Shown here in pieces: positions 46,599-56,018 of a stretch of DNA of 64,000 nt (position 1 is its first letter; every line of letters begins with the position of its first letter). Both the position numbers and the translations under genes were made by a program. The DNA lies in assembly GCA_964425075.1 (NCBI GenBank), contig CAYRKM010000001.1, positions 266,484 to 330,483 of the forward strand. The letters run 5' to 3'. This DNA is from an uncultured Gammaproteobacteria bacterium. Lineage in GTDB: Bacteria; Patescibacteriota; Microgenomatia; Levybacterales; GWA1-39-11. Below the pieces are notes generated by a model. That model saw nothing but the letters and a program-made list of their open reading frames with translations, did not search any database and was not told where the DNA came from.

Positions 46599-49500
46599 AT
46601 GGTAAATGAATTGACAGGCAACATTCAAATGCCCTATCCTGGAGGTAGGACCATAGCAGGTTCTCAAAACCAACCACACGAATCCTACAGGCTAAATGAG
46701 CCCAAAGGACGAGCTGTAGAAAAGAGAAATATGGATGATATTGTCGAGAAAGATAAAAAAACCCCAACTGTAAACCCAGAAGAAGAGAAAAAGAAAACGG
46801 ATGAGATCCTCGATAAGGAAAGAAGAGAGAGGCTAAAAGCAAAATCTAGCAAATTCACAAGAGAAGAGGAGGAGGAAATCCGCAGAGCACTTGAGGATGA
46901 GAGAGAGAAGGGAAGAAATAATTTAACCGAGAAACAGAAAAGCCTTTTGGAGATGGCAAGGGCAATAAGTACTGGTGGAGGAGCAAGTGATGACTATTTT
47001 GAACATTTTCCAGCTGAAAAATTTAAGAACCCTTCTCTTAAAGCTCTTGCAGATAATTTAAAATCTCTCGGCCAAAATAGCCAGATAACCGAGGAAAAAC
47101 TACAAGAAGCCGTAAAGCTTGTGCACGATATGGTTAGAGCGAGCGTTATTCAGGATGATGAAGGGGCGGAGTTCATAGAGGAGGTCTCAAGAGCAAGAAC
47201 TGCTCAGGCTACTGGTCAACCTTACGAGCCCTCTATGGAAACCGGAGGTGCTGGTGGGCAAGAGCCTCCGAGAACAGGTCGTACCGCAGCAGGCGGTCAG
47301 GAAAATCGAGGAAGAAATAGTCAGGAGGGAGATGGGCATTGGTCAACAATAAACGTAGATAAATTTCAAGAAGACACTCCAATACGAAGAATTGCAGAAC
47401 AGATAAGACAAGCAGGTTTTAACCGCGCAAGCGTAAACCAAGAAACTATTAGGTCGTGGGCAAATGAAGCATCAGCCGCAGTTCAGAGGGGAGAAGATAC
47501 AGAGGAGCAGGAAAGAATACTTAGGGATGAAATACAGGGAATTATGCAAGAACTGCAAAATAAAGAGAGTCTTGTAAATACGCCCAAATCAATTCAAGCG
47601 CTATGTAGATGGATTATTGAAAAGGAGGGGGCGCAGTGGGGACCGGGAGGGGTAAATGAGCTTATTGATGGGGAAAACAACTTTAAGCAAGAGAATTTTC
47701 TCAAGTGGGTACGTGAGAGAATGCTTTTCTTCCATGGTTTTAGTCCGGATGATGAGCTTAATTTATTGGGTCAAATTGGTGTAGAAACAGAATTTAGGAC
47801 AATTGGTCTTGGAACGATGATCTCAAATAAAAATCAATACTTTAGAGACGAGAATAGAATAGACCCTGCTACTGGACGACCATATATTTATGATGAATTT
47901 ATTGAAGAGGTAGTAAATGAAGTATTTTTGTTTAACCAATCAAGAAATTATGACGCAAATTACCGCTTTACAATGTGGAGCGACAAAGATTTACCTGGGC
48001 TTTTAAGTAAAATTCACCAGCGCAGTGTTTTTACCACTTCTGATCAAATGAAAAAAATCTTCAAGCTTTCTGCTGACTATACGGAAGATGAAGCAGCAAG
48101 AGATACAAAGGTTGGAGATTCGATTAGAATGGCTTATGAGGTCTACTATAGTATGTCAGACCTTGAAGAATTAAAAGAGGTGTTGGGTGAAGATTCGCTA
48201 TTCTTTACCAGAAAAGGATTTGAGGATGCATACCGCCTTTCTCAAAACAAATCTGCTGACGAACCTATCCCCCAAAATTATAGTGATTTATTTGATTCAC
48301 TTTTCGATGCCTCCGGCAAGCCAATTCCGCATGACAGAAAAGATGAGAATGGAAATAACATAGAGGGCTTTATGAGTTTTATTAATTTATTTAATGAAAC
48401 GGGAAAATTGCAATCAACAGTTTCTCTCGTTAGAGAGGCTGTGCGCCTTGCAATATCTGAGAGATACGGGCTTGAGAATGGGCTTAATGATTCGGGGGAG
48501 GCACGCAGTGTTAGGAGGAAAAACCTTGAATATGCAGAATTGTGGGCATATTCTATGGCTCGTTGGACAGGTGCTGGAGCACGAAATGATACTGGTGCTA
48601 TTGGATATGATGCTCAAACCAAATTCCAGCGCTTTCAGGAATACAGGCTTCGTCAGGCAAGAGCTGTGAGAGGTGGGGCTTTTGGTAATGAGTATGACCT
48701 ACCTGTTATAAAAGATTTGACACTCGATTTCTTTAATGGAATTTTTGTTGAAAAAGAGGTGGGTGAAGCTCGTGATTTTACGCCTTTTGAAATCTTTAAA
48801 CAACTTGATGGTATTGATAAGCAAATTGCTGCTGTCCGTCGAAATAGAGGTGATAATGATTTAAATGAAGCAGAAAAGGGTCAAATTCTCCAGCTTCTTC
48901 AAACAAAAGAAGAGGCATATAATCGTTTTAAATTCAAGCAATTTACCCAACTTGATTATGCCTCAAATCACATAAATCGTGCATATCAGGTATTCGAGTG
49001 GCTTACTGGGGCAAATGAAATACAAATTGATCAAATCGTTAAGCACGAGCCTTTTAGAGGACTTGTGTTTGACAGGGCAAAGTTTGAAGAGCAAGTAAAG
49101 GAAAACTTTATAAAACCCATTCGATATGCATTCAATACATATTCAAACATAGATTACTCTAAAAAAATGAGAGTTCAGGATAGAAAGGCATCTCGAGAGC
49201 AAAAAAGACCAGTATATAAAGAGGTCACGATGGCAGAGGCTATGTTTGGTCCTGCAGTTTTGGAGGATTTTTACAAAAAAGATGAGAATGGGAAAAGGGT
49301 AATTGATGAAGAAAAATTGAGAAAAGATAGAGGGCTTTTATATAAAAGAGTAATTCGTTCGATCCTTGCAGCACACATAAAGTCTCACAGAGAGCGTTTT
49401 AGTGGATATTCAAAAATGGATTGGGCGCAGATGGAAAAATTTTATGAGGCGTTAGAAAGCATCAGAGAGATTGAGATAGCAGATGATGAAGAGGGACTAA

Positions 49501-49673
49501 CTGCCAAGGAGGGGTTCTTTACGGAGGAGGATATCAAATGGATGAGAAAAGCAAGTGGAACAGGAAAACTTAGAATGCTTCTAACAGATGTTACCCCAAG
49601 TGTTGGTGTAGGTATAGCGGGAGGATTCTTTAAGGGCCTAAAGGACTTTACAGAGGAGATATTTGACGATTAG
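46599..49673 (+). CDS. Large (about 1000 aa) soluble hypothetical protein, highly charged. True start probably an internal Met near 46733
   Basis: Long uninterrupted ORF with strong coding character; no Walker or other motif recognised. Confidence 0.4.
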   Translation: MVNELTGNIQMPYPGGRTIAGSQNQPHESYRLNEPKGRAVEKRNMDDIVEKDKKTPTVNPEEEKKKTDEILDKERRERLKAKSSKFTREEEEEIRRALEDEREKGRNNLTEKQKSLLEMARAISTGGGASDDYFEHFPAEKFKNPSLKALADNLKSLGQNSQITEEKLQEAVKLVHDMVRASVIQDDEGAEFIEEVSRARTAQATGQPYEPSMETGGAGGQEPPRTGRTAAGGQENRGRNSQEGDGHWSTINVDKFQEDTPIRRIAEQIRQAGFNRASVNQETIRSWANEASAAVQRGEDTEEQERILRDEIQGIMQELQNKESLVNTPKSIQALCRWIIEKEGAQWGPGGVNELIDGENNFKQENFLKWVRERMLFFHGFSPDDELNLLGQIGVETEFRTIGLGTMISNKNQYFRDENRIDPATGRPYIYDEFIEEVVNEVFLFNQSRNYDANYRFTMWSDKDLPGLLSKIHQRSVFTTSDQMKKIFKLSADYTEDEAARDTKVGDSIRMAYEVYYSMSDLEELKEVLGEDSLFFTRKGFEDAYRLSQNKSADEPIPQNYSDLFDSLFDASGKPIPHDRKDENGNNIEGFMSFINLFNETGKLQSTVSLVREAVRLAISERYGLENGLNDSGEARSVRRKNLEYAELWAYSMARWTGAGARNDTGAIGYDAQTKFQRFQEYRLRQARAVRGGAFGNEYDLPVIKDLTLDFFNGIFVEKEVGEARDFTPFEIFKQLDGIDKQIAAVRRNRGDNDLNEAEKGQILQLLQTKEEAYNRFKFKQFTQLDYASNHINRAYQVFEWLTGANEIQIDQIVKHEPFRGLVFDRAKFEEQVKENFIKPIRYAFNTYSNIDYSKKMRVQDRKASREQKRPVYKEVTMAEAMFGPAVLEDFYKKDENGKRVIDEEKLRKDRGLLYKRVIRSILAAHIKSHRERFSGYSKMDWAQMEKFYEALESIREIEIADDEEGLTAKEGFFTEEDIKWMRKASGTGKLRMLLTDVTPSVGVGIAGGFFKGLKDFTEEIFDD

Positions 49674-49696
49674 AGTTAGAAACTTGCTAAGAATTT

Positions 49697-51727
49697 CTAA
49701 CTACTATTATTTCCATCTCTCAAATCCTCAACTGCATCTTGAGCTCCAAGAGCTGCATCTCTTGCCTCATTAGCTGCTACTTCTGTTCGTTGCGCTGCTC
49801 TTCCTGCTTCTGGATTTGCATTGTCTGCGTCATCCGATGGCCCCGTTGCAACCTCTGAACCAGTTGCACCTCCTCCTGAGGGTGCTGGTTCTCTTCCTGC
49901 GGGTGCTGCGCCTGCAGGGTTATTTCCACTGTCTTTTCCCTTATTTCTTCTCAACGGATTTTTTATCCAGGGAATGTGTTCATATCCACCTTTTCCATCG
50001 TTCTTTTCAGGATCCCAACGTTTTGACTTAAAGCTGCCCCCAAATACAGCAGCTGTAAGTCTGCCGCCCCTTTCCTCAGCAATTCTTGTTAACAACTTTG
50101 GATTACCCATTGCGTCCTCACCCCAAACCTTGTTCCAACCACCTTTGATAGGTGAAGTTATGAGTTTTTGACCTGAGCCCAATGCTCTTCCGGCAGCTCC
50201 TGCAATCTTAAGGTCAGGAGCTTTTAGAGCTTGTTTTGTTATATTTACAGCCTCAGGCATGATAAGTATCATTCCAAGTCCAAGTATTGATGCAATAGCC
50301 CCAACTCCATTGTCTCCAGGATCTCCTACAAGAGGGGGGATAAATGTGGCCTGGCCTGGAACCACGTTGTCCTGAACTGCTTTTCCAATTAGGAATAAAA
50401 CAATAACAACAGGAAAGGCTGCAAGATTTGCTGTAACGCTTCTAAGCCAGGGACCAACGCCTCCACCGGCTCCAGGAATAACTCCTTTCAATATCCAAAA
50501 TGGGGCAAAAATAACATCAAGAATGATAAACACATAGGCTTTAATAAGCATGAACCAAACCCGAAGAAGAGCAGAAAGAATTGCGATTGCTATTATAAGG
50601 TAGGCAATAATTAGAGCAATAAGGCCGAAGACTTTGGTCCCAAAAGCATAACCAGCCGCCCCCATTATTGGTCCGAGAATCCAATTTGTGCTAAAACCAG
50701 CTATTTCAGGCGCCATATTTGCAGCAGTCATTCCAGCGATAATACCAGTTACGATTCTTGCTAGCTGTTCTCCAATTCCACCTTCAAAGAGTGATCCTAA
50801 AACGTTTGCTATTCCTTTTGCGGCCGGAGTCGCAATATTATTTATCCCGCCCAATCCCCCGACGGCATTAACTGGATTGGTGTCAATATTTGTAATAGTT
50901 GTAAGACCCTGACTATGGAAGAGTTGGATAACAAGATAAATTGAAACATACATCATGTCAATCAAAAATCCGACGATAGCATAGGAAAACGTGATAAGAA
51001 TGAGGGCAATAACAATTTTTGGAATTTGGTTTTGGATACTCATAACAGTTCTAGCGTCAATATTTATACGAAACATTATTCCCAAACCAAGCAGGATAAA
51101 AACTAAAACAAACAATAAATAAACGAGATTTCTAAAAGTTTCCCAAATTTTAAGAACCGGAGTAAGGCCTTTAAATCCTATTCCTTGCCCAAATCCTGTT
51201 TGTGAAGCTTTTGCAGCATCAAGACATGCTCCCATCGATTCAGGAGGAGTGCCTAGGCATTGCTCGGTTGGGGTTGCGGCATATGAATTACGTGTTATCC
51301 CAAAATTTGATGCGACGTATTTTCCATATTCAACTGAGGAAACAGGTATATTATAGGTAGACCCAATAAGATTTCCGGAAAGAGTTAATAGTCCTCCCGT
51401 GCCATTTTCTACATATCCTACCTTTCTTGTTGTTGGGTCAATTCCAAGACATTTACCATTGGTTGAAAGAGGATCGTATCCTGTTAAAAAGCAAGATGCT
51501 GTTGCTAGGATGTTTATAAATGTAGTTTGAGTATAGGTATTAATATTTTGAGGAACATTTGGATTTGTGTTTAGAGGCAATGACTGAGGGGAGGCAATGT
51601 TTGAAGTTTGAGCTGAAACATTTCCGGTAAAAATAAAAACACCTAAAAAGAAAAAGACAGATAGAAGTGCGATCTTTGCTTTTTGAGAGAATACTTTAGT
51701 TTTCCATTTAGAGCAGTTCATTTTCAT
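49697..51727 (-). CDS. VirB6/TrbL-like polytopic membrane protein with Gly/Ala/Pro-rich C-terminal tail
   Basis: Signal peptide, about 250-aa periplasmic region, then more than 8 TM helices, then GGSFKSKRWD...GAAPAGREPAPSGGGATG tail, an architecture typical of TrbL/VirB6. Assignment by architecture only. Confidence 0.45.
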   Translation of the reverse strand: MKMNCSKWKTKVFSQKAKIALLSVFFFLGVFIFTGNVSAQTSNIASPQSLPLNTNPNVPQNINTYTQTTFINILATASCFLTGYDPLSTNGKCLGIDPTTRKVGYVENGTGGLLTLSGNLIGSTYNIPVSSVEYGKYVASNFGITRNSYAATPTEQCLGTPPESMGACLDAAKASQTGFGQGIGFKGLTPVLKIWETFRNLVYLLFVLVFILLGLGIMFRINIDARTVMSIQNQIPKIVIALILITFSYAIVGFLIDMMYVSIYLVIQLFHSQGLTTITNIDTNPVNAVGGLGGINNIATPAAKGIANVLGSLFEGGIGEQLARIVTGIIAGMTAANMAPEIAGFSTNWILGPIMGAAGYAFGTKVFGLIALIIAYLIIAIAILSALLRVWFMLIKAYVFIILDVIFAPFWILKGVIPGAGGGVGPWLRSVTANLAAFPVVIVLFLIGKAVQDNVVPGQATFIPPLVGDPGDNGVGAIASILGLGMILIMPEAVNITKQALKAPDLKIAGAAGRALGSGQKLITSPIKGGWNKVWGEDAMGNPKLLTRIAEERGGRLTAAVFGGSFKSKRWDPEKNDGKGGYEHIPWIKNPLRRNKGKDSGNNPAGAAPAGREPAPSGGGATGSEVATGPSDDADNANPEAGRAAQRTEVAANEARDAALGAQDAVEDLRDGNNSS

Positions 51728-51796
51728 AACAAGACAACCCTTTGAGAAAGAAGGGTAGGCATTTTCAGTATGAAGAACGGGGTATTAAAAATCAAG

Positions 51797-51835
51797 CCTT
51801 CGCTGAGCTCAGTCCGGGTCCTTCGCTGAGCTCAG
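51797..51835. repeat. Two copies of CCTTCGCTGAGCTCAG (each containing the 10-bp palindrome CTGAGCTCAG) with 23-bp period
   Basis: Seen directly in the divergent region between the VirB6-like gene and 51923 gene. GC-rich relative to surroundings. Confidence 0.6.
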
Positions 51836-51884
51836 GGCAGGACTTTTATTCAATTTAGTCTAATGTCACTTGAGGCAAAAAATA

Positions 51885-51913
51885 TTGACAAGCCCTTATT
51901 TAGGGGTTAGTAT
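51885..51913 (+). promoter_or_regulatory. Sigma-70-like promoter (TTGACA-17 bp-TAGTAT) driving a near-leaderless transcript of the 51923 gene
   Basis: -35 at 51885-51890, -10 at 51908-51913, ATG at 51923. Confidence 0.4.
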
Positions 51914-51922
51914 GACATCAGA

Positions 51923-52519
51923 ATGATAAGAGTATATAAAGTTGTTTTGGGGGTTCTTCTTTTTGTTGTTTTCATAACAAATACTGCTTTTGCAAAAAGC
52001 GCAGAGCCGGTAGAGAGCACTACCCCAGAACGCATAGACGCAACAGTGAGCGCCAAACCCGGAAAGATTGAGTACGAGTTGCCATATCCTGGGATGCTGC
52101 CTGACAACCCTTTGTATTTTTTAAAAACAATAAGGGACGCGATAGTAAAAGCATTAATAAACGACCCATTTAAAAGAGCAGAATTCAATCTTTTAACTAC
52201 ACAAAAAAGAATGTATGCGGCAAAGTTTTTATCGGAAAAGGGGAAAGATAAGTTAACATACGAAACTGTTGCAAAGAGCAATAATTATTATCATGAGGCA
52301 ATAGATTCCATTCAAGTTGTGCAAAAGAATAATCCCAAGAGCCCTGTTGTGAAGCCGTTTCTTGATCAGGCATTGAAGGTAAACATAAAGCATAAAGAAA
52401 TTTTGGGGGTAATAAAAAAAGAAATAGACAAGAAATACCAGAAAGATGTTTTAAATGAAGAAAAAAGACTTGAAAGGATGAAAACTACAATTGACCAAAT
52501 GCTAAAACTTTACCTCTAG
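51923..52519 (+). CDS. Secreted hypothetical protein (DUF5667-like N-terminal motif common in Patescibacteria)
   Basis: Signal peptide then YPGMLPDNPLYFLK motif. Confidence 0.4.
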   Translation: MIRVYKVVLGVLLFVVFITNTAFAKSAEPVESTTPERIDATVSAKPGKIEYELPYPGMLPDNPLYFLKTIRDAIVKALINDPFKRAEFNLLTTQKRMYAAKFLSEKGKDKLTYETVAKSNNYYHEAIDSIQVVQKNNPKSPVVKPFLDQALKVNIKHKEILGVIKKEIDKKYQKDVLNEEKRLERMKTTIDQMLKLYL

Positions 52520-52778
52520 AAAAGTTATTTAGGGTAAGCATAATTTTCTTTCCCCACATATTCAATATTACAGTATTGAAGTAGTTTGTTATACGCTTTT
52601 TAGCAGTTCTTTTCCAAATTATAGTCTGTGTTTATTTTTGAGGCTAGGGAAAAAGTTGCGATGATTTGATACATTTATTTATAGTTGACACTGCAGATAT
52701 AGTGGTTTACATTAGTTCATGACACTAGATATTGTGTTTTTTGAGGTTCTTTAACAATACGCTTGAAATATAAAATTT

Positions 52779-53228
52779 ATGCATTGTCCATATTGTAAAC
52801 ACAACAATACTGAAGTAGTTGAAACCCGCGTTAGTGAGGATGGGAATAATATTCGAAGGAGAAGGCTTTGTGGTAATTGTTCAAAGAGATTTACTACTTA
52901 CGAAAGGGTTGAAAACCTTACCCTCTTGGTAATGAAGAAAGATGGAAGAAGCGAGAGATTCAGTAGAGAAAAACTTAAGGGTGGAATTCTAAAGGCAGTT
53001 GAGAAAACCACCGTAACCCTCGAGCAGATTGAGAGAATAGTTGATGATATAGAGCGCGAATTATTGGGTTCTGATAGCGTAGAGGTGGAAAGCAAAAAAA
53101 TTGGGAGACTTGTTGCTTCCAATTTAAAAAGACTTGATAAGATAGCATATATTAGATTTGCAAGCGTATTTAAAAACTTCGTAGACATAGAAGAGTTTGA
53201 AAAGGAAGTGAAAAAGTTAATAAGATAA
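52779..53228 (+). CDS. nrdR: Transcriptional repressor NrdR
   Basis: MHCPYCKHNNTEVVETR...CGNC zinc ribbon plus ATP-cone; 149 aa. Confidence 0.9.
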   Translation: MHCPYCKHNNTEVVETRVSEDGNNIRRRRLCGNCSKRFTTYERVENLTLLVMKKDGRSERFSREKLKGGILKAVEKTTVTLEQIERIVDDIERELLGSDSVEVESKKIGRLVASNLKRLDKIAYIRFASVFKNFVDIEEFEKEVKKLIR

Positions 53229-53239
53229 AAAAACATTTT

Positions 53240-53287
53240 ATGGCACTAACTGGAATTAGAGAAAAAGTTTTCATTTCCGAAAATTAA
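53240..53287 (+). repeat. Upstream copy 1 of nrdJ start (ATGGCACTAACTGGAATTAGAGAAAAAGTTTT) forming mini-ORF MALTGIREKVFISEN*
   Basis: 31/33 nt identical to the true nrdJ start at 53440. Followed by a diverged tail and stop. Confidence 0.7.
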
Positions 53288-53345
53288 TTTGAGGAAACAA
53301 AAAGGAAGTATAGAAAGTTATTAATGGAGGTTAAATTTTAAAAAT

Positions 53346-53393
53346 ATGACATTAACTGGAATTAGAGAAAAAGTTTTTATTTTCGAGAAGTAA
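53346..53393 (+). repeat. Upstream copy 2 of nrdJ start forming mini-ORF MTLTGIREKVFIFEK*
   Basis: 33-nt perfect identity with nrdJ start. GGAGG located 18 nt upstream. Confidence 0.7.
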
Positions 53394-53439
53394 CTCGAGA
53401 AAACAAAATTTTTATTCGAAGAAAAAAACAAACTACTTT

Positions 53440-55851
53440 ATGACATTAACTGGAATTAGAGAAAAAGTTTTTATAGACCGTTATTCATTGAAAGATGCGG
53501 ATGGTACTCCTCTTGAAACAGAACCCCAACAGATGTGGAGAAGGGTAGCTAAGGGAATAGCTGGACAAGAAGTAAAAGCCAAACGTGAAGAATGGGAGGA
53601 AAAATTTTATAAAGTTTTAGAAGACTTCAAATTTGTTCCTGGGGGAAGAATTCTCTCAGGGGCCGGAACAGGATATCAAGTAACTTACTTTAATTGCTTT
53701 GTAATCCCATCGCCCAAGGATTCTAGAGAGGGAATTCTCGATAGTCTTAAACAACTCGTCGAGATTCAAAGTCGCTCTGGGGGTGTGGGACTAAATCTGT
53801 CCTCCCTTCGCCCCCGCGGGGCACGTGTTAAAAAAGTAAATGGTACTTCTTCAGGTCCCGTAACCTGGGCAGGGCTTTTTTCATACGCAACCCATGACGT
53901 TGTACAGCAGGGTGGAACCAGAAGAGGGGCAACAATGCTTATGCTTTGGGATTGGCATCCTGATATAGAGGAGTTCATTACTGTAAAAGAGGACCTTTCC
54001 AAAATAAATGGCGCAAATCTATCAGTAAATGTTTCAGATGCTTTTATGAGCGCTGTTAAAAATGATTCTGATTGGGAATTGGTTTATCCAGATCTTGACG
54101 ATCCTAAATATGATGAATTTTGGGATGGAGATATTGTGGGCTGGAAGGCAATGGGGGGAGCCGTAAAAGTATACAAAACAGTAAAGGCTCGTTATCTTTG
54201 GGATCTTATTTGTACAGCTGCTTGGAAAAGTGCTGAGCCAGGACTTCACTTTTTGGAGAGAAGCAACAAACAATCAAACACTTGGTATTTCGAAAAGCTT
54301 ATTGCAACCAACCCCTGTGGAGAGCAGCCTCTTGGTGGATGGGCAGTATGTAATCTTGGAGCAATGAATTTGTCTCAATATGTTAAGGATGAGAAATTTG
54401 ATTATGATAGCTTTTCAGATGACGTAAAAGTTGCAATGAGACTTTTAGATAACGTCATTGATGATACGTATTATTTCTTTAAAGAAAACGAAAAGTGCGC
54501 AAAAGAAATACGAAGAACTGGACTTGGAATAATGGGTTTGGCAGATGCGCTTATAAAAATGAAACTCCGTTACGGATCTGAGGAAGCAATGCCAACGATT
54601 GAGAAAATCTTTCAAGTATTAAGAGATAGTGCGTATGATGCGTCTTCTGATATTGCAAAAGAAAAAGGTTCATTTCCTAAATTTGATAAAGAAAAATATC
54701 TTCAGGGACATCATATAAAAGCGCTTCCCAAAAAACTTCGAGATAAAATAGCTGCGCAGGGCATTAGAAATGCAGTACTTCTTACAATTGCTCCAACCGG
54801 AACAACATCATTATTGTCAGGTGTTTCTTCAGGAGTAGAGCCAGTTTATGAATTTACTTTTGTGAGACGAGATAGAACAGGAGAGCACATAATGTACCAT
54901 CCCCTATATGAGGAGTGGAAAGAGCAGAATCCAGATGCGGAAAAACCTAATTATTTTGTAAGTGCAAATGACTTGACCCCGCTAGAGCACGTAAGCGTTC
55001 AGGCTGTAGCTCAGAGATATATTGATTCATCTATTTCAAAAACAGTTAATGCTCCAAATGCGCATACTATTGATGATGTGAAAACCCTCTATATGTTAGC
55101 TTACGAAATGGGGCTGAAGGGAATAACCTACATGAGAGATGGCTCTCGTGAAGGAGTTTTATCAAGGATTGAGGATAAGAAAAAAGAAGAAGAGGTAGAG
55201 AGGGCAGCTCGAGAAATGCCAATAAGAAAACGCCCAGTCGTGCTTCACGGGGTAACTCACAAGACTGTAACACCTTTGGGGCACACATTTATAACGATTA
55301 ATAACGATGAAGAAGAAAAACCATTTGAGATATTTATAAATGCTGGAAAATCGGGTAGTGATGTTATGGCAATGGCTGAGGCATTAGGAAGGATTATGTC
55401 TATGGTTTTGCGTATCCAGTCACCAGTTGAGCCGCGAGAAAGAGTGCGGGATATGATAGATCAACTTTCAGGAATTGGTGGAGGTCGCTCGGTTGGATTT
55501 GGACCAAATAGGGTGCGCTCACTTCCTGATGCTGTTGCAAAGGTTTTGGCAGAGCATTTTGCTTTTAGAGTAAATGGACATGTTGCGGATAAAAAAATTG
55601 AGGCAACTCTTGCAGATGGAGGGAAAAAGGAATCTTTGGAAGTCGTAGCGCAGGAAGCAAAGCCAGTTGAAGCAGCTAAAGAGGTATTTGTAGCAGAGGA
55701 ACCAAGCGAGCCATCTCTTCCGATGGTAGCGGTTTTGCAAGCTCCAAAAAGTGCAGCTAATGCTGATCTTTGTCCCGAATGTGGATCTGCTTCATTCGTT
55801 CACGAAGAAGGATGTGCTAAGTGCTATGCTTGCGGACATGCCGAATGTTAA
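53440..55851 (+). CDS. nrdJ: Class II (adenosylcobalamin-dependent) ribonucleoside-triphosphate/diphosphate reductase
   Basis: Active-site NPCGEQPL, TGTTS, C-terminal zinc ribbon CPECGS...CAKCYACGH; 803 aa; downstream of nrdR. Confidence 0.85.
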   Translation: MTLTGIREKVFIDRYSLKDADGTPLETEPQQMWRRVAKGIAGQEVKAKREEWEEKFYKVLEDFKFVPGGRILSGAGTGYQVTYFNCFVIPSPKDSREGILDSLKQLVEIQSRSGGVGLNLSSLRPRGARVKKVNGTSSGPVTWAGLFSYATHDVVQQGGTRRGATMLMLWDWHPDIEEFITVKEDLSKINGANLSVNVSDAFMSAVKNDSDWELVYPDLDDPKYDEFWDGDIVGWKAMGGAVKVYKTVKARYLWDLICTAAWKSAEPGLHFLERSNKQSNTWYFEKLIATNPCGEQPLGGWAVCNLGAMNLSQYVKDEKFDYDSFSDDVKVAMRLLDNVIDDTYYFFKENEKCAKEIRRTGLGIMGLADALIKMKLRYGSEEAMPTIEKIFQVLRDSAYDASSDIAKEKGSFPKFDKEKYLQGHHIKALPKKLRDKIAAQGIRNAVLLTIAPTGTTSLLSGVSSGVEPVYEFTFVRRDRTGEHIMYHPLYEEWKEQNPDAEKPNYFVSANDLTPLEHVSVQAVAQRYIDSSISKTVNAPNAHTIDDVKTLYMLAYEMGLKGITYMRDGSREGVLSRIEDKKKEEEVERAAREMPIRKRPVVLHGVTHKTVTPLGHTFITINNDEEEKPFEIFINAGKSGSDVMAMAEALGRIMSMVLRIQSPVEPRERVRDMIDQLSGIGGGRSVGFGPNRVRSLPDAVAKVLAEHFAFRVNGHVADKKIEATLADGGKKESLEVVAQEAKPVEAAKEVFVAEEPSEPSLPMVAVLQAPKSAANADLCPECGSASFVHEEGCAKCYACGHAEC

Positions 55852-55874
55852 CTGCAAGCTGCTTTTAAATTAAA

Positions 55875-56017
55875 AATTAATTGGAAATCATGGTGAAAGT
55901 CCATGGCTGTGCCGCAACTGTAAACTCACCCTTTCGGGTGTAAAGCCAGAAAACAAGTAATTCCCGAGCAGGAAAAAAGATTGCCCATTTTGACCTCCTC
56001 GGAAAAGGAGGTTTTTT
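55875..56017 (+). promoter_or_regulatory. Cobalamin riboswitch 1 with SD-sequestering terminator-like hairpin, upstream of pduO-type adenosyltransferase
   Basis: GGTGAAAGTCC...GCTGTGCCGCAACTGTAA core; AAGCCAG B12-box remnant. Expression platform CTCCTcggaaAAGGAGGTTTTTTT immediately before ATG 56019. Confidence 0.7.
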
Positions 56018-56018
56018 T

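Noticed and set aside
53766-55740. Several minus-strand ORFs inside nrdJ (53766..54002, 54034..54273, 55067..55288, 55519..55740)
   Set aside because: Antisense to a motif-verified 803-aa class II RNR; no independent support.
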